Shown: positions 28,720-44,924 of the stretch, in pieces
How positions within the stretch are numbered: position 1 is the first letter of the stretch
Layout: every line of letters starts with the position of its first letter
Source of the DNA: Eledone cirrhosa
Lineage: Eukaryota
Assembly (NCBI GenBank): GCA_964016885.1
Contig: OZ024742.1
Span: 241,986,001-242,050,000 of the forward strand
Direction: 5' to 3'
DNA length: 64,000 bases
The notes under the pieces: generated by a model
Told to the model about the DNA's origin: nothing
Database searches by the model: none
The model's input: only the letters and a program-made list of their open reading frames with translations
Made by a program: the position numbers and the translations under genes

Positions 28720-29080
28720 TAGAGATTATGAACATGATAATGATAGAAATTACAAGGGATATAGGACAATAATGGCAATAATGATTGATAATGATGATGT
28801 TGAAAATATGAATGACAATGATTATTAAGATGTTGACGATGATTTTGATGATATGTTGATGATGATGGTGATGATAATGTTGATGGCAACGATGTTTACA
28901 ACAATGTGTATAGCGATGATGATGATGATGAAGCCGTTGATGGCGATGATGATTATTATGATGACTACATCGATGACAACGATTATGGTGATGTTGACGA
29001 CGACGATGACGATGACGATGTGGTGGTGAGGATGATGATGGTAATGATGTAGATGAGGATGAAGACGAAGATGATGTTTT
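28720..29080. repeat. Degenerate (GAT)n low-complexity tract
   Basis: Imperfect GAT/GAC/AAT triplets. Confidence 0.8.
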
Positions 29081-29743
29081 AGTTCGTACCACGCATTTTC
29101 TTGTATTAAAAAAAATCGTTCACAAAATGTTTTAGCAACCCCACCCAACGCAAGTTTCACGCAAACAGTTCACTCTTTCAAGTTCTGCAGCTGCTTACGA
29201 AAGATATCACTGTATAAGGTCAACAATAAATAAATAAATAAGTGCAAAAATAATAAATAAATACACATTTCTCCAAGGTGACGGCTTTCTCCATCTTAAT
29301 AAAATGTTATGAGATCACTAAAAATAATCCAGATATCTAACTTAACTCTTACGGTGAATTTTCGTTTCTTTAATGTGTATACTTCGACGCATATGAGGGT
29401 GTGTATGTCAGTATATATGTGTACCAGTAAGTTTCTATGTCTGTATGTGTATGCATATGTATTTCTGAAGGCGGATGTGAGTAAGTGTGCGTTTCATTTA
29501 ATTCTATATTTGAATATTTCAGGTAAGCAGTTGCCGCTATTTAAATTAAAACTTTCCTCGACCAAAAGAAAAATTAAGTCTTCTAAATTCTTCCCAGATT
29601 AAATTCAAAAGTAATAATTTCGAAGGGTAAAAGTAGAAAAAAAAACACCACAAACATTACAGAATTCATTGGTAATCAAGGACAGTCTTTGAATACAGAT
29701 TGTTTGAAAACGTATTTCTACCACCACCTAAATATCACCAACG

Positions 29744-29904
<161 letters not shown>

Positions 29905-29939
29905 TCACACACATATATATATATATATATACATATATA

Positions 29940-30235
29940 AGAAAATGATGTTTTTTTTAATAAAAGAACCAAAGAATAAATCAAGAGGTCCTACACGGGT
30001 GAAAGAATAAGGAAAAGAAATTGAAAATGCAACTGGAGTCTTTTAAAGAATATTTATTTATCTACTTTACAGGTTTCATAGTTTGCTTTTCAAACCTAAA
30101 ATTAAGGTGCGAGACAAACCATAAATCCTTCATCTCCAATTTACTTTCGAAAAGCATAAAACTGTGAAACCGGTAAAGTAAATAAATAAATACTTTTAAA
30201 AATACGTCAGTTGCATTGTGTATTTCTTTCCCTTA
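29940..30235. mobile_element. Family F fold-back element (arms about 30009-30093 and 30148-30233) with tail
   Basis: aatgcaactg..ttatttat.tactttacaggtttcatagttt.gcttttc mirrors gaaaagc..aaactgtgaaaccggtaaagta.ataaataa..cagttgcatt. A single-arm copy with tail lies at 50135-50328. Confidence 0.7.
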
Positions 30236-30296
30236 TATATATATACACACATTTGTGTGAGTGTATGTATTGATACATACATATATACATACATAC

Positions 30297-30348
<52 letters not shown>

Positions 30349-30484
30349 TCATACATGTATATAGTAATAATAATAAATTTGAAGACTAAAATCCAAAGAG
30401 GGCTCGATAAGGATGAATATATATGAAATATATATTAAGGGTGAACGCAGAGATTCTTTGCTTAAACTTTAATCTGTTATTTTA

Positions 30485-30772
<288 letters not shown>

Positions 30773-31099
30773 TTTATTTATTTTTTTTTTTTTCATACAA
30801 ATATATATATATAGATAGATATATATATACACGCACCGAAAGAAATATGTATGACTTAAGCAGTTACTTTTACTATTTTTCAAAGTAATTGATAAATATT
30901 TTACAGTTCATATCTATTTCATCACCTGTGCTAGCAGAAAGAGCCGCCAAACAGGTGAAGAGAGTGACGTATTGCTTGTCCGTCTCTATTGGACGTATGT
31001 TGTTTTTTTTTAATCATCTAAGACTCATTACTATTTTACATTGACTTTTTATGTCTATCCCATACTTTTTAACCATTGTATGTGTTAGTGTAGATATAT

Positions 31100-31145
<46 letters not shown>

Positions 31146-31250
31146 TTACATATCACACATACATGGCCATACCAATACGCACACACACACACACGCACAT
31201 ATATATATATATATATCTACATATTACACATACATGTACATACGAACACG

Positions 31251-31358
<108 letters not shown>

Positions 31359-31644
31359 GATATATACTTATATAAATGTATATATATATTAATATATATA
31401 AATAGATATATATATGTTCGTGTATGTATGTGTGAATGTGTGCGTCTGTGTGTGTGTGTGTGTGTGTATCCCAACACAACACTGCCAAGGCGGCTTCAAG
31501 ACATAAAAATATCCATTTTCTCAGGTACAGGTACCTGATGAAAGGTACTTGTTTACGTCTGAAAACCTGCGCTAGTGAGGAGATTTCATACTGTTCGACT
31601 AAGTGCTCTCAACTTTGATCTTGTCTCCGGTTTCAACCCTCTTC

Positions 31645-31683
<39 letters not shown>

Positions 31684-31686
<3 letters not shown>

Positions 31687-31938
31687 GGTGCGGACGATAT
31701 TTGTTCGCAAGATTTCTGTCTAGGAAAAAAGTATGACAGTAGTTTTATTTTTTAAGATATATTTATCAAACTTCAGTCAGTTTGTATTCATGACTCGTTC
31801 TTTCGATCTCACTCGATAAACCCGCCATTGGCTTTAATGACGGCCTCAAGGCGGCCTTCGAACCGGCTACAGGCCTTCGTCACTGTCCTCCGACTTAGGC
31901 CCCTAAAGGCACTTGTGATCCTGGCCTTCAGATCGTCT
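31684..31938 (-). mobile_element. Tc1/mariner-superfamily 3' end with terminal inverted repeat at TA
   Basis: Minus 31937-31809 reads DDLKARITSAFRGLSRRTVTKACSRFEGRLEAVIKANGGFIE*, and the element ends cgcaccctg|TA. Confidence 0.75.
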
Positions 31939-32029
31939 TATTCTGAAAATAAATAATGGAAATATAGTCACTGTTTTTATCAAGACAAGAGTGACAACGG
32001 AAGTGAAAAAAATTTGCATAAAATTAGCT

Positions 32030-33425
32030 GTTGAAAATTGCGAACAAATATTTATTTATTTATTTATTTATACATTTATTTAGTTGTCTCTAGCTGGTTG
32101 TTTGTTCTAACTGTGTGTGTGGTTTGTTTTATTAGTTTGCTTTTTGTCTGTCTTTGTATGCATTTATCTTGTCGTGAATTACTAGTTGTGATGTTGCTAT
32201 TCCACTCATGTTTTCTGTTTAATTTTAGTTGGAGTTCATTTAAGTTTGTTGCTTTTGTAATCTGTCGGAGCATTGCATCTTTTCTGTGTGTGGATATGAT
32301 TTTTATTTCTATATTCTCTAGTGTGTCTTCATGTTCTATTTTGGCATGGTGGTAGAATACTGATGAGTTCTTCCCATCTTGGTCTTCTTACCAGTGTTCA
32401 TTTTATTGTTTCACCTATGTTACGGGCAGTCTCACCTATGTTAGTTGTGTTTGCATTCTTACACTGTCCCTCCGTATATCTTATGCTATATATTACGTTC
32501 CTAGTTTTGCAGTTAATTTGTGGGCTTCATTTGCAGACTCTACATTTGCTCTCAGTACAGGTTTTTTTTAAAAAGGATATGTTTTACTAATGAAGGCTTT
32601 TATTGGAATACCTGGTGTTTCAACTATCTTAATATTTAATTTTTGTTTGTCCAGAGCCCTTCTAAACCTGTAAATTTGCTTCTGGGGCTTCTATTGACCA
32701 TCATTACACTCTGGTATGTGTTGCTACCATACCATGAGTTGACTTTATTAGTCTCCTTAATTCGTTCTATCCTATTCCAAAATTTTCTGTTGATGTCATC
32801 TCCGTAACAGGAGAACATAGGGTTATAGAGTTCTCATCTAATCGTTCTGTCCTTAAGTCTTCTGTCCCACCATACCATAAAGAGGCTGGATATGTCACCA
32901 GTAATGACGACGCCAATGGCTGCACCCCCCACTTCGGCATATGTTTTGCCATTGAACTTAAACATATGTTCCTTAAGGATTAGTCTTATGCTGGCCTCTT
33001 CCGTTTGTGCGATCATTTTCTTTACTTGGTCGTAGTTTTCTGAGGTCCGTATGGCTCTGGTCCACCCGCTTCACATTTCTGTGTGGGTCTTCTAAGCCAT
33101 TGAAATAATCGAAGGTGGTCTGCCTCTCTCTGGCCTTGTGGAACAGAGGCTGCTAAGGGCGTGTTCATCTAAGTAATCCTTATCCTGTGTAAGTCTAAGT
33201 AGGAGCCTCAGCTCATTGGTATCAATCCCACGGAAATCTACGCCATTCTCGTTGATCATCGCTTCACATTTTTCTACAGCAAAATCAGCGTCAATGGATG
33301 GGTATAGGGACACCACATCCGTACTACCTATTGTCCAGCCTATCAGGTCCCCAGAGAGGTTGCATTCGTTGATTCTTCTGAGGAGCTGCTTCTTGCTGTC
33401 ACATATGTCTGACGACATTTCGATT
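32030..33425 (-). mobile_element. Decayed PLE (RT + GIY-YIG)
   Basis: IGSTDVVSLYPSID, FKFNGKTYAEVGGAAIG..TG, CKTRNVIY..C...NIGETARNIGE. Confidence 0.75.
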
Positions 33426-33797
33426 ATGGGGGGTACAACAAATAAAGTCAGGATTCTAAAGGATAGATACAGAAAATATAAAGAGGGCCATAGTAAAAAA
33501 AAAATGAAAATAATGAGAGTAGTCCTGGTAACGATATTGGAACGCAAAATGAAATTTGTGTATATTACTGTTTTTTAAAGGTTTATTATGTAAAGTATCA
33601 ATGTTTGTGTGTGTTCTATGCGTATATCCATGTGGTGTGTGGGTGTTGATTTTTATGTATGAGTGAATGTATTTGAATGTGTGTACTGTATATGTGCGTT
33701 GAAGTTTATTATGTGTGTGCGTAAAGTATCGGGCAGTGTGTATGTGTATATATATATATGCATATATATAAATACATATGCATATATGTGTATAAGT

Positions 33798-34080
33798 GGA
33801 GGCACGTGGCCCAGTGGTGAGAGTGTTGGACTTACGATCATAATGTCGTGGGTTCAATTCCTCGGCTGCGTGTTGTGTTCTTGAGCAAAACACTTCATTT
33901 CACGCTGCTCCAGTATACTCACCTAAAAATGAGTACCAACAATAACTGGGGATTTTAACCCTGCGATGGACTGGCGTACTGTCCAGGGGGGAGTCTTGTA
34001 CTCTCAGTCGCTTCAAGCCATGAAACCGGGATAAGCACTGACCAAATGTACCTTCTGGCTTAAGACAGACTTTAGACTTT
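33798..34080 (+). mobile_element. tRNA-derived SINE with CORE-like and V-like domains
   Basis: A box tggcccagtgg, B box ggttcaattcc, tgtgttcttgagcaaaacactt, ccctgcgatggactggcg, and a short (agacttt) tail. Confidence 0.8.
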
Positions 34081-34112
34081 TTTTAGATAGATGTATATAT
34101 ATATATATATGT

Positions 34113-34147
<35 letters not shown>

Positions 34148-35363
34148 CTCAACAAATTATTGGAGTAAAAATACGATATATTAACAAATGGAAACTATAT
34201 TTATAAAACCATTTTTATCTCATTATACATATTTCAAGGACACCAAGTTAAATATAATATAGATCAGTTTTATAAATAAATATTGACATACCCTTAAAGA
34301 ATGCGACCATTTCTGTTGGAAGCTCCCGGATAGTAGGGTTATTAAATTTATTTAGTCTATTATGCAAATTAGTGTCGGATATGTTAAATCACAGTAGATT
34401 TAAAATAAACCGTTGGGGTATGGAAAAAGGGAAAGAAAAGAAAGAGAAAAAAGAGAAAAAGGAGAAAAAAGAGAAAAAAGAGCAAACTCTAATAGGAAAA
34501 TAAGAAAGAGAAAGAGAAAGAGAAAGAAAAGAAAAAAGAAAAAAGAAAAAAGAAAAAAGAAAGAGAAAGAGAAAAATAAAGAGAAAGCCCAAAGTGATAG
34601 GTTGTTGTATTAGCGTAACTTTTAAGATGAAGTGAAAAAATAAATATTTATTGGATGAGTTAGGAAGAGTAAATAAGCGTGAATAGAAAATAAATAAATA
34701 ATAATAACTGGAAAATTTTAACCAGTGTTTAAATATGATTAAATGTTTAGTTTATCAATTAAATTATCAATTAAATTATTGAGATCTATACATTAAAATT
34801 GAGATCCATATATTATTAAAACTATATATTATTAAAAAATCTATATATTATTAAAAGAATATATCCATATATATACATACGCACACATATATATATACAT
34901 ATACATATATATATATATATACATACACATACATAGATATACACACAATAAAGGATTTCTTATATTTAAGATATAGGAATTTTTCTAAACTTATAGATTT
35001 TTCGGAGAAATCGGAGAAAAAATCGGAGAAAAATCATTTCTATGTAATAGCAAAACAGCGTGAAGGAAATTAGGTTCTTTACTTATATTAAATGTTATAA
35101 ATGTTAAGATAATAAAGGAAATTTAAGATTATACAAACCTTTTATTATGTAATAGTAAGTTATAATTTTATAAATTTTATAAATTTTATATCTAATAAAT
35201 CCACCTGTTATGTAGTTGTGACTGTTATTATATAAGTTTGTTTATCATAAACCGTAAGAAATCCTTTATAACAGAGTGCATTCGAATTGTATGTATATAT
35301 ATATATACACAACCCCTACATAGATACACATACAGACATATACACATACCGGTGGACATGCAT

Positions 35364-35504
<141 letters not shown>

Positions 35505-36013
35505 ATATAAAGTACATAGTATAATTAAAGTACATAATATATAAAATAAAATAAAAATGAATTATTGTTTTAAATGGAATTACGATTTGGAAATATATTC
35601 ATACAATTTTAAGCAATATAACTTTAAATCAATATAATTTTTTAAAATGTTCAAAAATATTTTAAGATATCATTTTAAAATAAGAATATGTCTAAAAAAT
35701 TCAGTATAAAAATGAATTTAAATTTCTTTTATATATAATATAATATTTAACTCTCAGTATGTTTTGACTTAATTGTTATAACCATATGAGAAATTTTCAA
35801 AGAAAAAGAAAGAGAAACTTTCAAAAGAGAAACTTTCAAAAATAAGAGAAACTTTCAAAGAAAATATTTTCCCATTTTAAGAGCTTTCAGTATGTTTATC
35901 TAGAAAATTTTCTAGGAAATTTTTTTTTTTATAATGAGAGTTTTAAGCAGTCAAATGAAGGAATCTAATTATTTATCGATAGGTTCAATATATTTAATAG
36001 AATGAGTTATATA

Positions 36014-36560
36014 TTACATTTTAAATTTATATTTAAACGTTGAATTCAATCTATGTTTGCAACAGCTGAAAAGATTGCTTCTTACGTTCAGGGAATTTTT
36101 GCTTTTTAATATAAAGAATATTTCCTCTATACAAAGATCACAAATTTCTGAAGAGGAGTTAAATGGAGTAGCTTTTGAAATAATATTCCAAAGTAACGAA
36201 TATTTAACGTTCTTTAATTTAAGGTCCCATAATAAGCTAGATAGAGACGTTGAAGATTTTGTGTTTAAATGCGTAAAAGAGCATTTAGGGTTATTAAAAC
36301 GAGATTTAAAATCTGTGGAAGTAGATCCTACATAATTAAATTAATTTAAATTAGTTTTTACATTACAATTATATACTATATTTTTAGCTAAGCAATTGTT
36401 ACTTAACGGACAGTTAGATTTATTTCTACAGTTACATATATCAAAATTTAAGTCACTAGAAGCTGTATTATTAAATTGAGCTGTATTACTAAATTGGATA
36501 TTGCTGGGGTTATTAGTGGTATTTTGGTTAGGTTTTAAATTTCTATTGTTAATTCTATTA
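36014..36560 (-). pseudogene. Naiad-like GIY-YIG endonuclease relic (not in the ORF track)
   Basis: ICNCRNKSNCPLSNNCLAKNIVYNCNVKTNLN*FNYVGSTSTDFKSRFNNPKCSF..STSLSSLLWDLK..WNIISKATPF..CDLCIEE..SLNVRSNLFSCCKHR. Confidence 0.85.
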
Positions 36561-36664
36561 ATAACAGGTGGATTTATTAGATATAAAATTTATAACTTTC
36601 TATTAAATAATATAAGGTTTGTATAATCTTAAATTTCCTTTATTATCTTAACATTTATAACATT

Positions 36665-36853
36665 AAATGTTTTTACTTTTGGCACAAGGCCAGCAATTAT
36701 TCCAGTGTATTACTGGTATTTATGTTATCGATCCCGTAAGGATGAAAGGCAAAGTTAAACTCGGCGGGATTTAAACTCAGACTATGAAGGGCCGTAACTC
36801 TTTACTGCAAAGCATGGCAGTCCGACCCTCTACCGATACTGCCAATCCACGGC
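36665..36853 (-). mobile_element. SINE with 19-bp TSD inserted in one arm of the large inverted repeat
   Basis: TSD tcttaacatttataacatt at 36646-36664 and 36854-36872; the empty site is present in the left arm (about 35090-35110). Confidence 0.92.
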
Positions 36854-37680
36854 TCTTAACATTTATAACATTTAATATAAGTAAATAACCAAATTTCCTT
36901 CAAGCTGTTTTGCTATTACATAGAAATGATTTTTCGCCGATTTTTTCTCCGATTTCTCCGAAAAATCTATAAGTTTAGAAAAATTCCTATATCTTAAACA
37001 TAAGAAATCCTTTATTGTGTGTATATGTATGTATGTGTATGTATATATATATGTATATGTATATATATATATGTTTGCGATTGTATATATATGGATATAT
37101 TCTTTTAATAATATATAGATTTTTTAATAATATATAGTTTTAATAATATATAGATCTCAATTTTAATGTATAGATCTCAATAATTTCATTGATAATTTAA
37201 TTGATAAACTAAACATTTAATCATATTTAAACACTGGTTTAAATTCTCCAGTTATTATTATTTATTTATTTTCTATTCACGCTTATTTACTCTTCCTAAC
37301 TCATCCAATAAATATTTATTTTTTCACTTCATCTTAAAAGTTACGCTAATACAACAACCTATCACTTAGGGCTTTCTCTTTCTCTTTCTCTTTCTTTTTT
37401 CTTTTTTTCTTTTTTCTTCTCTTTCTCTTTATCTTTCTTATTTTCCTCTTAGAGTTTGCTCTTTTTTCTCCTTTTTCTCTTTTTTCTCTTTCTTTTCTTT
37501 CCCTTTTTCCATACCCCAACGGCTTATTTTAAATCTACTGTGATTTAAACATATCCGACACTAATTTGCATAATAGACTAAATAAATTTAATAACCCCAC
37601 TATCCGTGAGCTTCCAACAGAAGTGGTCGCATTCTTTAAGGGTATGTCAATATTTATTTATAAAACTGATCTATATTATA

Positions 37681-37741
37681 TTTTATCTGATGAAAGCACC
37701 CCATAATTTAACTTGGTGTCCTTGAAATATGTATAATGAAA
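37681..37741 (+). ncRNA. Type I hammerhead ribozyme (family E)
   Basis: TTTTAT-CTGATGA-AAGCACC..GGTGTCCTT-GAAA-TATGTA-TA-ATGAAA. Confidence 0.75.
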
Positions 37742-37784
37742 TAAATATGGTTTTATAAATATAGTTTCCATTTGTTAATATATC

Positions 37785-37940
<156 letters not shown>

Positions 37941-38330
37941 ATTTATACATATATATATCTATATCAATATAATAATAATAAATATATACATGTGCGTGCG
38001 TGTGTGTGTTTGCATATTTGTTTGTCATGTTATTCCTTGAATTTGAACTACATAAATATATCTATCTACATATGAAGTCGCGTAGCTGAGTGTTTAGACA
38101 ATTGGATTCGCAATCGCGAGGTTGTGATTTCGATACCCGGACTGGGCAAGACTCGTTATTTCACGTTGTTCCTTCTGTTGCGACCGACATATAGTATTAG
38201 CAATTAGAAAGACTAATGGAAACATTGTTTCTTTCGTCCGATATGACGAGCTCCACCCCACTCGTTAAGCGAATGAGATCTGGGATTTTGTCGATCAACT
38301 GTGGATATATATATATATATATATATATAA

Positions 38331-38645
38331 TGTAGGAGGTGAGTTTTATTGTAGTACAATAAATCAATGCAAATATCGGATAAGTAGCACTCTACAGTTT
38401 GTAGGACTGGAGTATAAATAATATAAGATCAAAAGATGGTTAAAAGAGTTCCAAGTATTTTATTATGCGCATTTCAAAATATGTTGATTTAAAACTCCCC
38501 TATTCACAAGTGTTTTTTTACCTTCATATCATGTATCCCTATTTTATCTGATGAAAACGCAAATGACATGTCATGATGATATTTGTTTTTGAAATGCGCA
38601 TAATAAAATACTTGGAACTCTTTTAACCATCTTTTGATCTTATAT
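38331..38645. mobile_element. Fold-back element (arms 38421-38479 and 38587-38645) with tail and HHR
   Basis: ataagatcaaaagatggttaaaagagttccaagtattttattatgcgcatttcaaaa and its exact reverse complement, flanked by (TA)n. Confidence 0.85.
38540..38610 (+). ncRNA. Type I hammerhead ribozyme
   Basis: TATTTTAT-CTGATGA-aaacgcaaat..atttgttttt-GAAA-TGCGCA-TA-ATAAAATA, with an 8-bp stem I and palindromic stem/loop III. Confidence 0.8.
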
Positions 38646-38680
38646 ATATATATATATATATATATAGCACACACACACAC

Positions 38681-38779
<99 letters not shown>

Positions 38780-40084
38780 AAATAAAATATACGTAAGATA
38801 AATTTCTATACTAAATATAAGGTTATCCGTAGAATCACTGGGTCTTCTAAATCTTTTAAATTATTATTTTTTTTTAATTTTTATTTTTTTTTTAAATTTG
38901 TTTTGACTCTGATAGCTTCTAATAACTTTCATATGTCTACCCTTTCAATATCTTGTTTGGGATATAGGTAGGATAAATTTCTATACTAAATATATAAAAC
39001 ATATTATTTTAACTTGAGATACTCTATAGTGTTTTAAAGATATTTAATGCTTTGATATTTCTATATTAATATATTGATATCTGATTAATCTCTATACAAA
39101 TGCCATGTGTGTGTATTAACATGCATATAAAAGTATTATAGGGTCTATTTATGTGTTTGTATATATGTCTGTATATATACATGAACGATGCTGGAAGACT
39201 CACGCAGATATTTATTTATACATATGTATGTGTATGTGTGCATGTGTGTGTATATGTGATGTATGTTGCAGATATGCATAATATTAAATACATGAATGGT
39301 AATCATATATATGAGGACATGAATATTAATCGTATATTTATGTATATATACTGTGAAATTTTTATAACACAAGAAATGTATAGCAGTGATCAAGTGAAAT
39401 CATTTGCGCCTTGTGTGTCTATATTATTGACTTGAGTAGACATAATTTCTATTTTCAGGACGTACATATGTGTGTATATATATATACATATTTTTATCCT
39501 GATTTTTATAAATAGGGTACTTTTTTTTTTAAGGTTTTAACTCAGATTTTGGTATATTGACCTCAAGTTTTTAAACGAAACATATGGTCATTATTGAACA
39601 ATGTTATTTTCTCATCTTATATATCTATGTCCCATTCATGAATATTGATATTTATATTTTTATTATTCATTTCATATAAATTGTTAACTCAACTTAATAT
39701 GTCATGACGTAAAGTTGTCACTATCTCCCCCTCTCTCTATATAGTATTTTCTGTCTCTTGAGTTTTTCTATCTGTATGATGACTTATTATCTCTCTGTTG
39801 CTTTCCTTTGTTTTTCTTATTTCTTCCTTTTTTCTTTCTTTTTTATTTCCTCCTATCTATTTATCTTTTTCTACATACATTTCTCTCTCTCTCCGATATT
39901 TCTCCAGGTTTTCTTTTTTTCTCTCTCTCCTTCTCTCTCTCCGTTTTTTTCTTTCTCTCCGTCTTTTTCTAATTGTGCTTAACACTATAACTAATATAAA
40001 CACTTCACTATCCAGAGCTTCCAAAAATAATGGTTGCATTTAATAGGGTACGTCAACATTATTTATAAAACTGTTTATATATTG

Positions 40085-40149
40085 TATTTTGTCTGATGAA
40101 GGCATACCATATTTTAATTTGGTATCCCTGAAATATGTATAATGAAATA
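40085..40149 (+). ncRNA. Type I hammerhead ribozyme (family E) in a PLE 3' fragment (about 39830-40195)
   Basis: TATTTTGT-CTGATGA-AGGCATACCA..TGGTATCCCT-GAAA-TATGTA-TA-ATGAAATA. Stem II co-varies relative to 37681 (CACC/GGTG vs TACC/GGTA). Confidence 0.8.
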
Positions 40150-40384
40150 AATATGGTTTTATAAATATAGTTTCCATTTATTTAATATCGTATATATAGT
40201 CGAGTGTCATTTTTGAAGGCGGAACACGACGACTTTCATTACGCGAGGTGGGAAGTACTTCTCAATATTCAAAGAGGCTGAATATTCTTTGTGTTGATGG
40301 GCGTCAGATATTGACTGAAACCTCCTTGGATTTCTGGGAACTGAAACGATCTAGCTGCCTGAAGCCCTCACTTATAACTTCGCC

Positions 40385-40513
<129 letters not shown>

Positions 40514-40731
40514 GTGTACATATGTGTATACATATACGACGACAATCTGCAGTTTAAGTTGGCCCAGTGCCATTCACAAGACCCTGGTCAACACGGGGCT
40601 AAAACAAGACATTTACCGAAGATGCGGCGCACCAGTACCAGTACTGAACCATGATCTAAATGGTTGCAAACTCCACAGCTACACATTCATACATACACCT
40701 ACATCTGGTATATGTGTGTATTTCTCTTTCT

Positions 40732-40787
<56 letters not shown>

Positions 40788-40810
40788 ATTTATGTGTGTG
40801 TATATATATA

Positions 40811-40927
<117 letters not shown>

Positions 40928-41702
40928 GTAGTACATATATGTGTGTGTGTCCGTCCGTGTGTATCTGCATGTAAAGACAGAGTGATAGGGAAAGTGAGAG
41001 AAGCAGGGAAGGAAAGAAGCAAAGAGAGAGGAAACAGAGAGGGGGAGAGATGGAGAGAGAAAGAGTGAGTGAAAAAGGAAAAAAAGAAAATGTAAAGATT
41101 GAACAATAGCAATAATAGTTAGCGACAGAAACAAAGTACAAATGAAGAAAAAAAAAAAAAATTCCACTGACTTATCAGTTGTGTGATTTCAGAAAAATTA
41201 TGAACTTATCGATTTTTGAGGAAAAGTAAAATAATGAAATCAAGAACATAAAAAGTTCTTCGACCGTCTTATATTCCTTCCGAAGGCGCTCTTTAATAGT
41301 TTCAATTCATCTGTTATAATTTCTTCTTCTTCTTCTTCTTCTTCTTCTTCTTCTTCTTCTTCTTCTTCTTCTTCTTCTTCTTCTTCCCAACCCCTCTCTC
41401 TCTAACTTTAACACTGTATCACTCTGTCCATCTATCTATCTCCCTTTCCACTACCATCTCAAATTCTTACCTTATCCATCAGGTTTTCAATGTATACCTG
41501 CTTTTATAGACGTATTCAAACATACATGCATACGTCTAGTCATTTACTTGGCCCCCTTCTCTCTATCTCTCATTCTTGCTTTTTTTCTATCCTACTAGCT
41601 ATTTGCGTACTTGTCTATTTATGTATGCATGTAATACATACCTACAATATACATTATAAGCGCACTGCACACGCATATATATATATATACATGTATATAC
41701 AC

Positions 41703-41737
<35 letters not shown>

Positions 41738-41746
41738 ATGACTCTT

Positions 41747-41805
<59 letters not shown>

Positions 41806-42195
41806 AATACACATAAATATATATATACATACACACATATATATATATACATATATTTATATACAAACTCTACATACATATATATATACACATGCATACA
41901 GATATGTGTAGGTTTGTATGTTTACATGTATATATGCACCTCTTTCTCACTCTTTCTCGTTCATTTATCTTATTCTATTTCTCTCTACCATCTTCCTCTT
42001 TTCACTTCCTGTCTTTCTCCTTTCATAATTTTTATTCAGTTCATCATTTTACCATTTTTAATTTATTTCAGTTTCCTCTTACGTATTTTTTTTCTAGACA
42101 ACCTGCTTATTTCTCGAGGAAATCTTCTCTCCGCCTTCATCTACACACCTCTTTCGCACCCGCACGCCATCTCCCCCCCCCCCTCTCTCACTCTT

Positions 42196-42226
<31 letters not shown>

Positions 42227-42285
42227 CTCTTTGTCTTTCTCTCATTCTTTATTCCTTTAATATTTCTTTGTTTCCACCTTTCTTG

Positions 42286-42350
<65 letters not shown>

Positions 42351-42934
42351 ATTCTTTCTTTATATACATATATCATCTTAATTTTTTGCTCTTTGTTTCT
42401 GATCTTTCTTTCTTTCTTATTTCATTCATTCATTTCTTTGATTTTTCTTCCCGATGTTTTTATTCGTTATTCATGCGTTGTTTATTTCTCTTTCTCCTAT
42501 ATCTCTTTATAAGGATTTCTTCTGCTTCCATTGTAAACCATTTTTTTCTCTTTTCTATCTTAACGTCTATTGCATCGTTTATCTACATATTTTTGTTTTT
42601 CTTATCATTACCTTTATTTTATTATTCTAATTATTTTTCCTATTGCTATTAATATGTTTGCTCACTTTATACACTTCTTCTGGTTTTTATTGTGGATCCT
42701 TTCATTTTATTCCAGATTCACCTCGTAATTTCTCATCTGTATATCATTTGTTACATTATTTAGTTTATATATCTTGTTCCTTAATCCAATTTTATTACTT
42801 TTCTGGACTGATTCGATCTCAATTGTCCTAAATTTTAGTTGTTAGTTTTTCTCTAATTTCCTTTAAGCAATATTTTCCTCATTACTTCAAAGAAAGCAAA
42901 AACAGATTGAACGTTGAAATGCCATTTGTAGCAA

Positions 42935-43023
<89 letters not shown>

Positions 43024-43025
43024 TT

Positions 43026-43430
<405 letters not shown>

Positions 43431-43569
43431 AAATGAAAATCCGAAGGCATTTAATAACGACACATGTTTCAATAAGAGATAGATCGCTTGTGAAGCCATG
43501 ATCGATTATCACTGATCTCATCAGGTGAAAATGAATTGTCTTCAAATTCTTGACATCAGGGAGAAAAAT

Positions 43570-43640
43570 AATTGCTTCTACTTTTGGCACAAGGCCAGCA
43601 ATTACCCAATGCATTACTGGTACTTTATTCTATCGACCCC
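43570..43640 (-). mobile_element. SINE 3' fragment
   Basis: cttttggcacaaggccagcaattacccaatgcattactggtactttattctatcgacccc. Confidence 0.75.
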
Positions 43641-43909
43641 GGGGGGGGGGGGGAGAAAAATAATGATGTTCTCTCACAGAATTCATTTCCTCGTATGGCC
43701 TTCGGATTTTCATTTTGAGACTTATAATCAGTTTTACATCATTTAGCTGTTCCCTTGAATGGAATTGGAGATATACAAAATCGTGGGGAACTTAATATTG
43801 CTAACATAGATTTATTGGACCATTTTACACAACCAATAATGAACCTTACTATATAACAACTATATATATATATATGTATGTGTATACCTATGTATGTGTT
43901 TGTATATAA

Positions 43910-44006
43910 GTTCAGCTAGATTCCCGCCGTTCTAATACTGGTGGCTTAGTTCGGATCTAGCTGTCGAAACGGCCGGAGCTCAGACGTCAGGATCCTGAAT
44001 CTTTTC

Positions 44007-44066
<60 letters not shown>

Positions 44067-44212
44067 ACACACACACATATATATATATATATGTGTGTGT
44101 GTGTGTACATATATGTATATAGATACATACATATACCCACTCTACTACCCTAAGTATTGAGTACTTTGGTGCGTTATGGTCCACCTGGTTCCTTACCACA
44201 TTTCCTTCGTTA
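43910..44212 (+). mobile_element. Family C copy split by a microsatellite
   Basis: cagctagat..ggatctagctgtcGAAACGGCcggagctcaGACGTC, then (TA)/(CA), then the tail at 44136-44212. Confidence 0.7.
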
Positions 44213-44233
44213 CACACAAACATATATATATAT

Positions 44234-44924
<691 letters not shown>

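Noticed and set aside
33798-33870. Possible tRNA gene
   Set aside because: The A/B boxes continue into SINE core domains and there is no proper acceptor stem.
36057-36335. 92-aa plus-strand ORF
   Set aside because: It is antisense to the GIY-YIG relic.
36014-36450. Selenocysteine (in-frame TGA) as known for some Naiad PLEs
   Set aside because: The Cys positions are TGT/TGC and the only internal stop is TAA; no SECIS was recognised.
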